64,000 nt of DNA from Octopus bimaculoides (lineage: Eukaryota): assembly GCF_001194135.2 (NCBI RefSeq), contig NC_068990.1:91974146-92038145 (forward strand), written 5' to 3'. Positions 24,204-37,560 of this stretch are shown in pieces. How positions within the stretch are numbered: position 1 is the first letter of the stretch; every line of letters starts with the position of its first letter. The notes under the pieces are model-generated. The model did not search any database. It was not told the origin of the DNA and worked only from the letters and a program-made list of their open reading frames with translations. The position numbers and the translations under genes were made by a program.

Positions 24204-27200
24204 TTACATGCAGGTAAAGGATTATTGTTTGAATACTGATTTTGCATACTAAAAAGAAGAGAATTCAGTACTGTGTGTGTCAAGGGGATACAGCACCTTA
24301 CTTGAAAATAGAGGAGGGTTTGTGACAGTTAGGGCATCCAGCTGTAGAAAATGTGCCTCGATAAACGCTGTCTGACCCATGCAAACATGGAAAGCTTGAC
24401 ATTAAAACAGTGACATTAATGATGATTCATACATGCACAAATATGTTTATATGCATGCGTGTGTGTGTGTGTGCGGATCACTGATATATAATCTTTTCTA
24501 CTCTGGCACAAGGCCCAAAACTTTTGGGGAGTGGGGCAGTTGATTAGACCGACCCTAGTATGCAACTGGTACTTAATTTATTGACCCCGGGAGGATGAAA
24601 GGCAAAGTCGACCTCGGCAGAATTTGAACTCAGAACATGACGGCAGACGAAATACCGCTAAGCATTTCGCCCAGCATGCTAACCACTCTGCCAGCTCGCC
24701 ACCTTTCGCTGATGTATAATGGCAAAATATGTAAGCATCAATAAGAAACCAGAAAATGTTTTTTCTTTCAAAGTTCCTTGTGACATTTGTTCTGCACCAA
24801 GTTACAGTTAATCCCTTGTCACTGTTGCCATCAGAAAATAAGTAGGAAATCTAACTATAACCAGTAACACTACTGTTTGTCAGTTACTGTATAATATAAA
24901 AAATATGATAGATGCATGCGTGTATACGCTAGTGTATATAAAGCTCTCTTAATGAATTAATATTGTAAAAGTCATCAAATTAATGCTAAATTTAAAAACA
25001 AATTAATGAACGAAAATGTTGGGCCACAAGAAATTCCAAGATGGAAAAAAGATTTTAGAAAATAGTTTCCAAGCAACTGCTTGATCTAAATAGCTATTTT
25101 ACACTCCACTTGGTGCTTCTTTGAGAACGGGGGGTGGTGGGGAGGGGGTTAGGGTGCACTCCCTCTTTCCCCAACCGTGCTGTGCTTATGTTAAACCAAA
25201 CAACCCAGAACCACCGACCCTGTGGGAGAAAACATCTTTCATTATCACACCATACGATAACTCTTGTTATTCTCTTTCACTCCTCCTCCCCCCTCTCTTT
25301 TTCTCATCTTCTTCTGGAATTCTGCTGAGTATATTGTTTTTACCATTTCCCAACATCCAGTCTATTCTTTTTTAAACTCTCAGGATTGGATTTTTTTTGC
25401 CTTTCTCCCCCATCCCATCAAATTTTTAGGGTCTTCCAGCCCCAACTTGCAGATACATTATTTCTATTTAGGTTAAAAGGAATATTTTGCTTTTGTTTGT
25501 GTGTGTGTGTGTGCATTTATATATGTCTATGTGCATTTATAAATATATGTGTATATGTCTACATATACGTGTGAGTATGTATGCCTGCATGTGTGTGTGT
25601 GTGCTTATGCAAATGTACATACATATGTCTATGTGTGTGTGTGTGTATGTAAACAGTCATGGCTGTGTGTTTAAGAAGTTCACTTCCCAACCACATGGTT
25701 TTGAGTTCAATCCCATTGCATGGCACCTTGGGCAAGGGTCTTCTACTCTAGCTCAAGACACATGAATGCCTTGTGATCAGATTTGACATACAAAAACTTT
25801 ATACCTTTCATCTTTTATTTGATTCCATCATTGGACTGCAGCCATACTGCAGCACCATCTTGAAGGGTTTAGTCAAACAAATTGGCCCCAGTATTTATTT
25901 TCTAAGCCTGATATTTATTCTACCAGTTTCTTTTGCCAAAGTGCTAAGTTACAGGGATGTAAACAAACCAACACTGGTTGTCAACACACACATATATTCG
26001 ATGGGTTTCTTTCAGTTTCCATCTTCCAAATCCACTCACAAGGCTTTCGTTGGCCCAAAGCTATAGTAGAAGACACTTGCCCAAGGTACCATGCAGTGGG
26101 ACTGAACCCAGAACCATGTTGTCAAGAAGCAAGCTTCTTACCACACAGCAATGATTGCATCTATATACATGTCTATCTTATTTTTAAATGGCAGATGTTA
26201 CAAGGTGGTTCAGGGGCCAAGGGTTTTGAATCCCAAAACCATGTGGTTGAGAAGCAAACTTTTTAACTACGCGGTCATGTTTGTACCTATATATTCCAAT
26301 CGTCTATGAAATAAGGAAATATTACCTTATTTGGAAACAGGTAAGGGCTGGTGACATGGAAAATCTGCCTCAACAAATTCTGTCTGAGCCATACAAGCAT
26401 ACTAAAGTGGACATTAAAACGATGATGAGGATTGAGGTGTGTTTTATATATTAATACACGCAATGTATGTATAAATATGAGTTATTTATGCCTTTAACTT
26501 TAACTAAAGAAGCCCTTAATGCATAGGGTATTTATTTTCACACAAGAGAGGGATTGAGAATTGTTAAAACAATAGGTGTGTGTGTGTGTGTTACATTAGT
26601 AGTTTGACATCTGGAAGTAGCAATTTCTCACTTAAGCACAACACCATTGACTTGAAAATGGTAGGGCTTCTTTGCTAATTGAATTTTAGCCTCACTGCAT
26701 TACTAAGACTCACTTCCAAAAGAACCCCAGTGGAATTTGAGCACTTAACACACACACAAAAAAAAAAGGCACCTAAGTAACTTAATACTACAACAAGATG
26801 TTTACTCTGGAACTGTCTGAGACTGTCTCTGACGCACTGGTTCCACCGACATCTGGATTTAATCGGTGATATCAGCAGTTGTTGAGGAAATTTTAATTCA
26901 CTTTTTCTTTTCTTTTTTTTTTTTTTGTTCTTGACACCTTTGTGTCAAGAACAACATGTTTGGTGACTTCACTGATTCCAAAGAAATTTGGTTTATCTAA
27001 ACTGAGAAGATTCTCACACAATTGTTCTGCCTTTAACAATAGACTCAACTTTCTACTTTTTATTTATGCATGTAGAATCAACCGTTTGCGAAGCCAAGAA
27101 GAAAACTATTTTGTTTTCCTTTTGTCTTGTTTTGTATCAGTTCATATGCAAAATGTGAATGTTTTCAGGATCCCGAGGAGGCATTCTTAAGTAGAAGTTG

Positions 27201-27682
27201 TTTGCTCCAATCAGGGTTTTATAGCATTACATGAATGAGAGATAATTCTACCCCCAATGCTTGATAATATGCCAGTGTTTGACTGCTAACAATTAGTAAT
27301 ATTATCTGATATATAATAGAAATACTTCCTTGGTCTCCTGGGGAGTTTGAAGGACCACTGGTGTTTAAGTGTGTGAGAGATTAATCTTCTTTGGATGAGA
27401 TACTGGTTTATTGCAGCTAATACTTCTCAGATGATCATGTTTACTGACATGAACTGTGGTGAAGTAGAATAAACTGTTCTGTTCAGGAATGTGACAAAAC
27501 ACCGGCAGTAGATTTGAACATTAAACCTCTGAGTTAGTATACTTATATGTTATCCACCCAGCCATCGCATCTCTTTCGATAATCCTTTGTTAATAACTGT
27601 TCTTCATTGACAGCTAGGTGGACTTAGGGAATGTAGAATAAAGTGGTCTACACAGATATGCAGCTTGAAAGAAGCTTTAATA

Positions 27683-27716
<34 letters not shown>

Positions 27717-29623
27717 TATGTGTTGGGTGTGGTATATATTTCTTCATGAATGTCTGCATGTATATATGGTTTGTTTGTCAGTTTACATTTTCTGTATTTT
27801 ACAAGTGTGATCTCAAATCATATTTTTAATTCTGGGCATGTACAAGTTGTAACCTGGTCTGGGATTATGTACACAATCATGGAACTAATCCACACATAGT
27901 CTCAGACATCAAACCAATCAAAGACATCATGTAGACATGGAAGGTAGAGATGGGTGGAATGTGTCCATAAATCTCCTCTTTGATCTTGTGCTCGTGCCAT
28001 GAGATGCTATGAGCCCTCATGATAATCCTGCTGTGTGTACCATCATGATAATCCTACTGTATGTACCATCATGATAATCCTGGTATATGTACGAATCAAA
28101 GTAATCTTGAAGCTTCTTCTCCACCGTCTTGGTTTTTGCTCTTTAGAGAAGAAAGTTCTCACCACATGCAGGGTAGGGTTTGCTGGCCTTTGATATGTTG
28201 ACCACCAGACAATATCAGACGTTTTATTTTGGAGGTTTGCACAACCTGGATGAGGACAAGAAAGACCACATTGATGTTATAAGGAACTGCACATAAAGTC
28301 GAGGGCCCACCAAAGCTTATGAGGGGTAGAGACTAACAACATGGTATGATGGGGTAGATCTTGGTTGCAGACTCTCAACGTAGTAAAAATGGTGTTATTA
28401 GTTGCAGCAGCATCAGATGTAAATATATGATGTACAGGTGAAATTAATAGTTTGGGAAATTATAATCTTATTAACAAACAATTAATCTTAGTCATTGAAG
28501 AGGTCTTTGTTGCAGCAGCAGTAGCAGCAGCAGCAGTAGACTGGAGCTTTTCAGATTTTTACATTTTCAAACTTAAGAATGTTGTGCTATGCAAATGATT
28601 TGATACATGATTCAAATTGTATGAGAAGTTCTTGATTGAAAACATTTTAAGATATAGAAGAAAAAAGACTGATTAAAATTCATGATGTTGAATTCTTTAA
28701 CTTTAGTCTAAAATCAGCATCTTCATCTTCATTCTCTCTCAGACATTTTGTTTCTTCTTTTCTTTTCTAACGGAATTCACGAATATATTTGCACTAAATG
28801 CTATCTCAAGGAATCAATTTCTCTTCTGATAAAGAATTAAATCCTAATTAATTTACTGAACTATGAAGAAGCATCACCATTTCTTAATTCTTTAGATCCT
28901 CTATTTTTACTAAAATTATATAGTTTTTGTTATTATCGTTCTTATTCTTTCTGCAACTATAAATAAGATCAATGAGTTTAGTGTGTGTGTGTGTGAAGAA
29001 ATTCTATAAATGTCTTTAACAATACAGGAAAGTAAATCAAATCCAATATCAACTTGAAGAATGGTAAAGTTTTTAATGCCATGCTTTGATCTATAAGCAT
29101 TTTCTTGACTCTTTAACAATTTTTCTTTTCTTTTCTTTTTTTTTTGTTTTGCTTTTTCCAGCTGAAGTTTAAATTTCTTGTTTGTTGTTTTGTTTCCTGT
29201 TGTTTTTCTTTTTCTTTTTTTCCCTATTGATTTTTCTCCTTCAAATCCTACTTTTCCGTTTATTTGCTGTCGTGATTTGTGACAAAATACTGTTATTTGT
29301 TAAATGAACTGGATGCCCTCGAATCCAATTGTCTTTTATCTTCGTTATATATACAACACACACTCAAATACATATGTATATACATATGTGTGTGCATACA
29401 TACACACACACGTTTGTATTTAAATTTATTAGAAATTTTAAAAGACAAAACAATCAAAAATATTATGGCTTTTAGCTTTGTTTAAATCTGGGTGAGAGGG
29501 GAGCTTTAGCAATTTTTTACTGATTCATCTTGGATTTTTGCTATGAAATCATTTCACTCACTTCACTAATTTCTATTAGCTTCAGAGAGAGAGAGAGAGA
29601 GAGAGAAAAAGAGAGAGAGAGAA

Positions 29624-29672
<49 letters not shown>

Positions 29673-30042
29673 AAGAGAGAGAGAGAAATTGAGAGAGAGA
29701 AAGAGAGAGAGAGAAATTGAGAGAGAGGGGGAGAGAGCAAGATTGTATGTGTGTGGATGAGGTACTCCATTGCTAAGGGTTGGATAACTAAACATAGAGG
29801 TCTCCAACCTCATATCTATTGATGGTTGTTTGCTGAGAGTGACATTATTTATTTTCTGCCTGATGTGTCTTAGCATGGCCTCAGCCTGTAGGCTGCAACA
29901 AGTAAAGAAAGTATGCAATTGTGCATCTAACTTGGCTGGAGGGTTTATCAGCTGAAATGTGTTAACAACAAACAAGATGAGGACAAATATCTGTCAAATA
30001 TAAATAATGTACATAATTCCTCATCTCTTAAATATAAAACTG

Positions 30043-30107
<65 letters not shown>

Positions 30108-30135
30108 TGAGAACCCAGGTTTGAAATTTCCCCAA

Positions 30136-30181
30136 GACACCTGATGAAGGCTGGAGGGTATATCAGCCGAAGCGTTTTGTT
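30136..30181 (+). ncRNA. Minimal Penelope-type hammerhead motif (A15.1G and stem I mismatch)
   Basis: gacac-CTGATGA-a-ggctg-(10 nt)-cagcc-GAAG-CG-TT-ttgtt. Confidence 0.65.
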
Positions 30182-30428
30182 AACAACAAACAAGATGAGG
30201 ACAAATATCTGTCAAATGTAAATAATGTAAATAATTCCTCATCTCTTAAATATAGAACTTACTCAAAGTATTCCTTGCTAAAGAGTTTTTTAATCCTTTC
30301 AACTCCACACCACTCGAATGCAGTGGTGTTGGTACCTCACTCTTCTTTGAGACGCTGCAGACATGTATATTTATATATTTATTTATTTATTGCAGGGATC
30401 TGAATGTTTTAAATGACAATTATTCAAA

Positions 30429-30514
30429 ATGGTTGAAATATTTAAGAACTTGGTGGGTACTCTAATCCGAGGACCGTATCATGTACAGATTGTGAACACT
30501 TCAGATTACAATAA
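30429..30514 (+). CDS. PLA2G6: iPLA2-beta coding exon 1 (exon begins at 30396); MVEIFKNLVGTLIRGPYHVQIVNTSDYN
   Basis: Acceptor ttgcag ends at 30395; in-frame upstream TGA at 30414; ATG at 30429; donor aa|gtataa (phase 2). Resembles the human N-terminus (FGRLVNTF...PFRVKEVAVADY) and its phase fits the next exon. Confidence 0.75.
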
Positions 30515-30654
30515 GTATAATCTATTTTTCCATCTTCAGTATTTTTCATAAATGTCTGTAAAAAAATTAAAACTGAATATGTTTCTGCATGTTTATCTTC
30601 TGCTTCCCTCATTTTCCTTGATTTTATTATCGTTTCAAATATGCACAACAGATT

Positions 30655-30898
30655 AGACTCTTATTACAGAAACATTTCAAGCATCAGTCTGCAACAAGTA
30701 ACCTTAGATGCCAAGAACCCTCCTAAGTATTCTAGCTATCTCTAATAACACTGTTTTCTGGAGCTACACTAAACTGAGTTTTATCCCAATTTCCTCTATC
30801 CATCTGTTCAAATCTTTAGGGATAATTCCCAATGCACCCTTAACTACAAGGATACATTTTACCCACACCTTCCATAGTCTTTGTAACTCTCGAATTAT
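30655..30898 (-). mobile_element. 3' end of an R4/Dong-like (RLE) non-LTR retrotransposon, antisense in the intron after PLA2G6 coding exon 1
   Basis: Minus strand 30898-30704: IIRELQRLWKVWVKCILVVKGALGIIPKDLNRWIEEIGIKLSLV*LQKTVLLEIARILRRVLGI*, a typical C-terminal signature with one internal stop. Confidence 0.75.
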
Positions 30899-31033
30899 GC
30901 CTACCTAATCTATAAAGAAATAAAAGATTTTGCAAAATGGTGAGGGATTATTGTATACAAATATATATAGATATATGCATGTAGCACTGTTTTATGTTTG
31001 TATATATATATGTATATATATATCCATTTTCAG

Positions 31034-31129
31034 TCAAGTTTTGAGTGATCCCCCACTCTACCTCTATAAAGAAAGATCTACATTCCATGCTATTTTGAAA
31101 TTACCAAAATCTAGCTCAAAAGCTTTCGG
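31034..31129 (+). CDS. PLA2G6: iPLA2-beta coding exon 2; QVLSDPPLYLYKERSTFHAILKLPKSSSKAF
   Basis: ttttcag acceptor, gg|gtaact donor, 96 nt, phase 2-2. Aligns by eye to human RVREEGQLILFQ...WDCVLVNPRNSQSGF. Confidence 0.8.
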
Positions 31130-32758
31130 GTAACTATCAACAGCCTCATCTTTTTCTTCCACTATTGTTGTTGTTGTTGGAATTCCTCTTTTGCCATCAT
31201 TCTCTCATTTCTTTCCTTCTTTTTCTCTACCAACCACTTTCAAAATGGACCAATACAATTGCTGTTGAAAACGGGGTGGTGCAAGGAGACATCATTAGCT
31301 CAACACTGTTTTTAATCTCTAATCACTGTTTTTAATGCTGTAACCCTCAGGACTGTAATGTCTTCATCATGCAACTGGCAGGGTTTGGGCTTGTAGAGCT
31401 TTTAAGTCAAGGCCTAAGCCATTTGCTCTGGCATGTGCCAACAAGCTGCACATCCAGAAAGTGACCTGCAGGAAATTGTGGATATTACTTTTTGTAACTA
31501 GCAGCATGGACGACATACAACTCGGCTCAGAGTGTGCCTCAAATGAAGACTTGATGTGCACTCTCTGCTGTTGTATTCTTCTGCCTGGGGTTTAGTAAGA
31601 GTACGTAGTTGTGTGCAAGGTTGTCAAGTACATATTAGTGGCCAACCTGTATGTCAGGCCAACCTGTATATCAGGTCAACCTGTATGTCAAATCTGCTGG
31701 TTAAAGTCAGCTAAATAAGACACGTTATTGTCACATAGCTTAGTAGTTATACATAGTGATGTTATTCAGCTGTGAAGTTTAAAACTGAATTTGCAGGTCA
31801 GCTGCAAAATTTTTAAAAAGCTACCTCGTGCAATATGTGAGGCAGTTACTGCCTCATGAATTGGAAAGAAAGACTGGCAGTAGGAACAGTTTGTCACAGT
31901 AACAAATTGACAACCACCTTAAATACATATTGCATGTCATCATCATCATTTAACGTCCGCTTTCCATGCTAGCATGGGTTGGACGATTTGACTGGGGACT
32001 GGTGAACCAGATGGCTACACCAGGTTCCAATCTGATTTGGCAATGTTTCTACAGTTGGATGCCCTTCCTAACGCCAACCACTCCAAGAGTGCAGTGGGTG
32101 CTTTTTACGTGCCACGTATACGTGTATTCTTTTCTTTTATTCTTCTACTTGTTTCAGTCATTAGACTGTGGCCATGCTGGAGCACTGCCTTTAGTTGAGC
32201 AAATCGATCTCGGGACTTATTCTTTGTAAGCCTAGTATTTATTCTATCGGTCTCTTTTGCCGAACTGCTAAATTATGGGGACGTAAATGCACCAGCATCA
32301 GTTGTCAAGCCATTACACAGACATATGTGTGTGTATATATATATACGATGGGCTTCTTTCAGTTTCCATCTACTAAATCTACTCACAAGGCCTTGGTCAG
32401 CCCAAGGCTATAGGAAAAGACACTTGCCGAAGGTGCCACACAGTGGGACTGAACCCGGAACCATGTGGTTGGTTAGCAAGCTACTTACCACACAGCCACT
32501 CTTACACCTAACAGCCACTCTTGCACTTGTATATTCAATACAGAGAAAAACAATTTCCTTTAAAGAACTACTGCCATGTGCAGTGGTCATTTTACCTTCC
32601 TTCAGAGTTCAAATCCTTCTGAGGTCAACTTTTGTCCTACATTCTATCAGATTCAATAAAGTAAATTTCAAGTTAAGCACTATCAACTCTCTGCTCTAAA
32701 AATTGCTGACCCTGGGACGAAATTAGAAAGAATTGCCATTTTCTTTCTATGATTTCAG

Positions 32759-32974
32759 TTTGTTCTGTTTGAGAGAAGAAGGAGAAGCGTTTGTAGTGTT
32801 CAATTCCTTCCGGCAACGCCTGGCTAAACTGATCATTCCAGTTCCTTCCTACCTTGATTGCAAACTATTAAAGACTATCTGTGACTGCTTAAGGGAGAAC
32901 CCATTATGGTCGACTGCCCATGTAGCAGCTTGCGTTGGCTATGAAGACGCTTTCAAGAATGCGGATGTCTTAAG
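32759..32974 (+). CDS. PLA2G6: iPLA2-beta coding exon 3; LFCLREEGEAFVVF...LRENPLWSTAHVAACVGYEDAF
   Basis: tttcag acceptor, ag|gtaatt donor, 216 nt, phase 2-2. Matches human LFQLELEADALVNF...IRNHPSWSVAHLAVELG. Confidence 0.95.
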
Positions 32975-34245
32975 GTAATTATCTTTCTGGCCTTTTCCAG
33001 GAATTCTTTTCACTTTTCCATGTTGCCGTTATTTTGTCATCGTCATCAGTTTCAATGCCATTGTCTTCATTATTACTTATCGTTTGGATTATCATCATCA
33101 TTGTCATTATTTTGTCATCATTCTCACTAACAGCATCATTATCATCATACTGTCAACACTATCATTGTCATCATTATCACTGACACCATCTTTATTGTCA
33201 TCATTATCAATAGTGTCCTTGTTATTATGACCACCATTTGCCATTGTCACTCTTATGACGACCATCATTGATACTATTGTCAACGCCATTGTTTTCACCA
33301 TAATCATCACTATCAACATCATCATCAACATCATGATCCTCATTATTGTTATTTCAAATGTTTGTTAGAAGCAGGTTGACCAGTTCTTTGGTAAAACCCA
33401 AGTGTATGTTCTGCTGTAACAGGAAACCTATTCCCTCTGTGTGTGCCACTGGTCCACTGCAGTACTAACGGTCCTGATTCCACATCCACTATTTTCATGA
33501 TAAAGTCCACAAAAGCAATTAACTTTGCATCCAATGAGAAGAGCAATTGATAAACTGTTTTTTTTTTTTTGTTTTTGTTTTTTTTAAATTACAAGGAAGA
33601 TAGGGATTGCTCTTCAGCCTTGCAGACTGGGAACATTGGTGTAGTTTGGTAATGCGAGCAGAGGCCTCCCCTGCCTGGCAAAGCTGCACCAGCATGGGTG
33701 CCATTTGCATGACACCAGTATCTGCCATGACTGCAATCTTGCTTGGCTTGATGGGTCTCAGTCATTGCCTCTGTGAGGCCCAACGCTAAGTTCCCTTCGC
33801 AGAGATCAGCACTTCTTTACACACACACGCACATGCACATATATATATTAGTCAAATCAAATAAACAAACAATAAAATTAACAATAACAGGCAACAAGAG
33901 GACGTGCGCCAGAAATGTATTAGTTTGAGGCTCAGTAAAAAGAGGGTTTTTAATGTTTTGAGCATAGCTCTTCATCAGAAAGGAAAAAGAGAAAAGAAGG
34001 AAAAAAAATGACTAACAGCATGTGTGTAGTTACAATGTTCTCACACACACACACACACACACACAAAATCTATCTTATAGATATATAAACTGGACAAATT
34101 TAAGTATTTCTATGTAGATTGTAAAAATGAACAGCCTTAATCAATTTTCAAACCTTATGGGAGGTGGGGGAATCTCATTGATTTGACCAGTCCCAGAGAA
34201 ACAAGCAGTGTGTGTGTGTATACACTCCTCGTTTTTATTATGCAG

Positions 34246-34420
34246 GCACATAAATGAACACTCACAAATTACGGGTAAAACAGCTTTGATGGTTGGCATC
34301 AAGAATAACAATTTCCAGTGTGTGAAAACGATGTTAAAGAATGGTGCAATGACTAATCTGAGTGACAGAGATGGCAACACTATATTCCACTATGCCATCC
34401 ACTCCAAAGATGTTATCATG
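34246..34420 (+). CDS. PLA2G6: iPLA2-beta coding exon 4, ankyrin repeats (GKTALMVG...DGNTIFHYAI)
   Basis: tgcag acceptor, atg|gtaagt donor, 175 nt; ankyrin consensus. Confidence 0.95.
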
Positions 34421-34487
34421 GTAAGTCATCTCTTTCAATCTCTCTCACTCTTTCATTTCTTCTTATTCTTACTTTGGTCTCACTTCG

Positions 34488-34582
<95 letters not shown>

Positions 34583-34806
34583 TTTATATATATGTGTGTG
34601 TTGAAGCCAGTGGTGATTTTATTGAATAAATTTACTCTTTAGTATTTCAAGATATTTTTTTTATGTAATTTTAGTAAATATATCAGTTAAAATTAGATGT
34701 CAATGTTATTTTCATTTTTGTGTAATTTAGACAACAATTTGTTCACCCCCACCCCACTGTGTGTGTGTGTATATATATATGTTGTATGTATGTATACACA
34801 CACACA

Positions 34807-34852
<46 letters not shown>

Positions 34853-34875
34853 ATTCATTCCATGATCTATTGCAG

Positions 34876-35066
34876 TTATTCAAGGATTATTCTGCAGCCA
34901 GTGCCATTAACAAGAAGAACAACAACGGTGAGACCCCCCTCTTTCATTGTTGTCAAGAAGGGAGTCTAGAATGCACTCAGGCTCTTCTTGATATTGGGGC
35001 AGATCCCTATCAAATGAGTCATGGAATCGCTCCCATCCACATAGCCTTGAAGAAGGGAGATTCCAG
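34876..35066 (+). CDS. PLA2G6: iPLA2-beta coding exon 5, ankyrin repeats (NNGETPLFHCC...GIAPIHIALK)
   Basis: ttgcag acceptor, ag|gtaaga donor, 191 nt; ankyrin consensus. Confidence 0.95.
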
Positions 35067-37139
35067 GTAAGACCTGTTCAATTCTTGTTTATTGCATTTT
35101 AGGTTTGGAGAGTTGAGATGACCAATGGATTAAGCAACATTACCGTTTGGTCTGCTCTTTTATTGTTTTGCTTGTTTCAGTAATTTGACAGTGGCCATGC
35201 TGGAGCACCACCTTTAATCGAACCAATCGACCCCAGCACTTAGTCTTTGTAAGCCTAGTACTTATTCTATTGGTCTCTTTTGCTGAGCTGCTAAGTTACA
35301 GGGACATAAACACACCAACACTGGTGTCAAACAATGGTGGCGGGGACAAACACAGATGCAAATACATACATACATACATACATACATNNNNNNNNNNTGG
35401 ATTTCTTTCAGAGGCTAAACATAGAGGGGACAAACAAGGACAAAGGGATTAAGTCAATTACATCAACCCCAGTGTGTAACTGGTACTTAATTTATCGACC
35501 CCCGAAAGGATGAAAGGCAAAGTCGACCTCGGCGGAATTTGAACTCAGAATGTAATGGCAGACGAAATACCTCTCAGCATTTCGCCCAGCGTGCTAATGT
35601 TTCTGCCAGTTTGCCACCTTTGGCAATGCATATTTTGCACAAATGATTCTTTTTATTGTGACCAAATTCAAGTGTTACACATTAGCTCACTCCCTCCATC
35701 AAATCGACATTACCTGGATGGACAAGTGCACACAGGTGTGCCACGCATCAGGTGCTGAAGTGATTGCAGAGCAATACGAGAAGCGTTTTGCTCAAGAACA
35801 CAACGCACCATCCGCTCTAGGAATTGAAACCCGATCTTACAATTGTGAGTGTACCACCCTAACTACATATATCTATATACACGGTGGGCTTCTTTCACTT
35901 TCTGGTTAACAGCTCCACTCACAAACTTTTGATTGGCCTGAGACTGTCTTGGAAAGCACTTGCCTAAGGTGCCATGCATGTGGTATTCAGTCTGAAACCA
36001 TGTGACTGGGAAGTGAACTTCTCTCATTGACACAACCAACTGTGATCCACTGGACGGGTATTGTTTGGTGTGCATTAACAAAAGAACAACTGAACGCAAG
36101 AGCTGTCTGTGGTGTACAGGACAGACAACAATGCTTGTGTGTGATGTGTATGGAGGATGAGAGCTGTATACATAAGTTCCAAGCTTATATCAGTGGAAAG
36201 AGTTTGTTGTTGAATTTTTGGGGGCTGTGAATTGTTTCATGGTTTAAGTGTCAGGTTCAAGTGACGTGTGTTCGAGAAGGAACTGGGTCATGCATTGTGA
36301 ACCATTGTATTCGTTATATCTAGTGGCACTTATTCAGTTCAAGTTGATTAACAAACAGCTTGTGTTTCCCTTCTCTCTTTTTTTTCTTTTAACCAGAATA
36401 GCTTTTTTGTCTTATCCATATATTATTGATGTTATAATCTATGGTTTTACTACCAGCAGTTCATGTTCTTCCATTTTCCAAGCTGTTTTTTTTTTTTTGG
36501 AAGATGACACTCCTGTGTTGCGATACTCTATGATTTGGCTGTGTGAAAATTGATATATTTAGTGAACTGGCTAATGTATGTATTGTTTCTAGAATAAGAA
36601 TTGTGGGGAGGAAATTCAGAGAGCTATTACGTCTGCTGGCAACAAAAGGCCCCTCTCAACTATGCTCGAATGGTGCTTGTGGTGGTGGTGGTGGTGGTGG
36701 TGGTGGTAGTGATGGTTGTGGTGGTGGTGGTGGTGGTGGTGATGGTGATGATGATTGCGTGCATAGACATAGCTTTGTAGTAAGAAGTTTACTTCCCAAC
36801 CACATGCTTTCAAGTTCAAACCCACTGCGTGGCACCTTGAGCAGGTGTCTTTTGTTATAGCCCCAGGCCAACTAATGCCTTATAGGTGGATTCGTAGACA
36901 GAAGCTGAAAGAAGCTTGTCATGTGTGTGTTCATCTGTGTCCCTCTCCCACCACTCCTTAACAAGTGGTGTCCCATTATGTATACCTCCCCATGACTTAG
37001 CAGTCCAACAAAAGAGGCCAATAGAATAATACCAGACTATAAAAAATGCATGTACCAGGTTCGATTTATATGACTAAACCCTTTGAGGCAGTGCTCCAGC
37101 TTGGCCATAGTCCAACTAAAAGATAAAAGGTGTCTGTGC

Positions 37140-37360
37140 ATTATTTGTGTGTTGAAATGTTATTTGTGTGATATTTGCATAATATTTGTGTAATATTTGC
37201 GTGATATTTGTGTAATATTAGTGTGATATTTGTGTTATTTGTGTAATATTTGTGTTATTTGTGTAATATTTGTGTGTTATTTGTGTGATATTTGTGCAAT
37301 ATCTGTGTGATATTTGTGTAATATTTGCGTGTTACTTGTGTAATATTTGTGTGTTAAGAT
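37140..37360 (+). repeat. AT-rich minisatellite (atatttgtgt-like 9-12 bp units)
   Basis: About 20 imperfect units just upstream of the exon 6 acceptor. Confidence 0.9.
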
Positions 37361-37463
37361 AAAAAGGTGTCGTATTTGTGTTATTTGTGTGTGTCTGTGT
37401 TTCTATCTGCACATTAACTGTGTGTTATTTCTAGATGTTGTAGCCTTCTCTTTATGTTTCCAG

Positions 37464-37560
37464 TTTGATTGAATTACTGTGCAACTTTGACCAGAGGCTG
37501 GTCTCTCACCAAGACCAGAAATACGGAGGTTTCCCAATCCATTGGGTGCAGAAAGAAGAG
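37464..37560 (+). CDS. PLA2G6: iPLA2-beta coding exon 6 (LIELLCNFDQRLVSHQDQKYGGFPIHWVQKEE)
   Basis: tttccag acceptor, weak gag|gttggc donor, 97 nt. Matches human [20 protein letters not shown]; phases fit both neighbours. Confidence 0.9.

Noticed and set aside
37433-37463. Upstream AG at 37434 as the exon 6 acceptor
   Set aside because: In the required phase it reads CCSLLFMFPV then TGA. The AG at 37463 keeps the frame and the homology.
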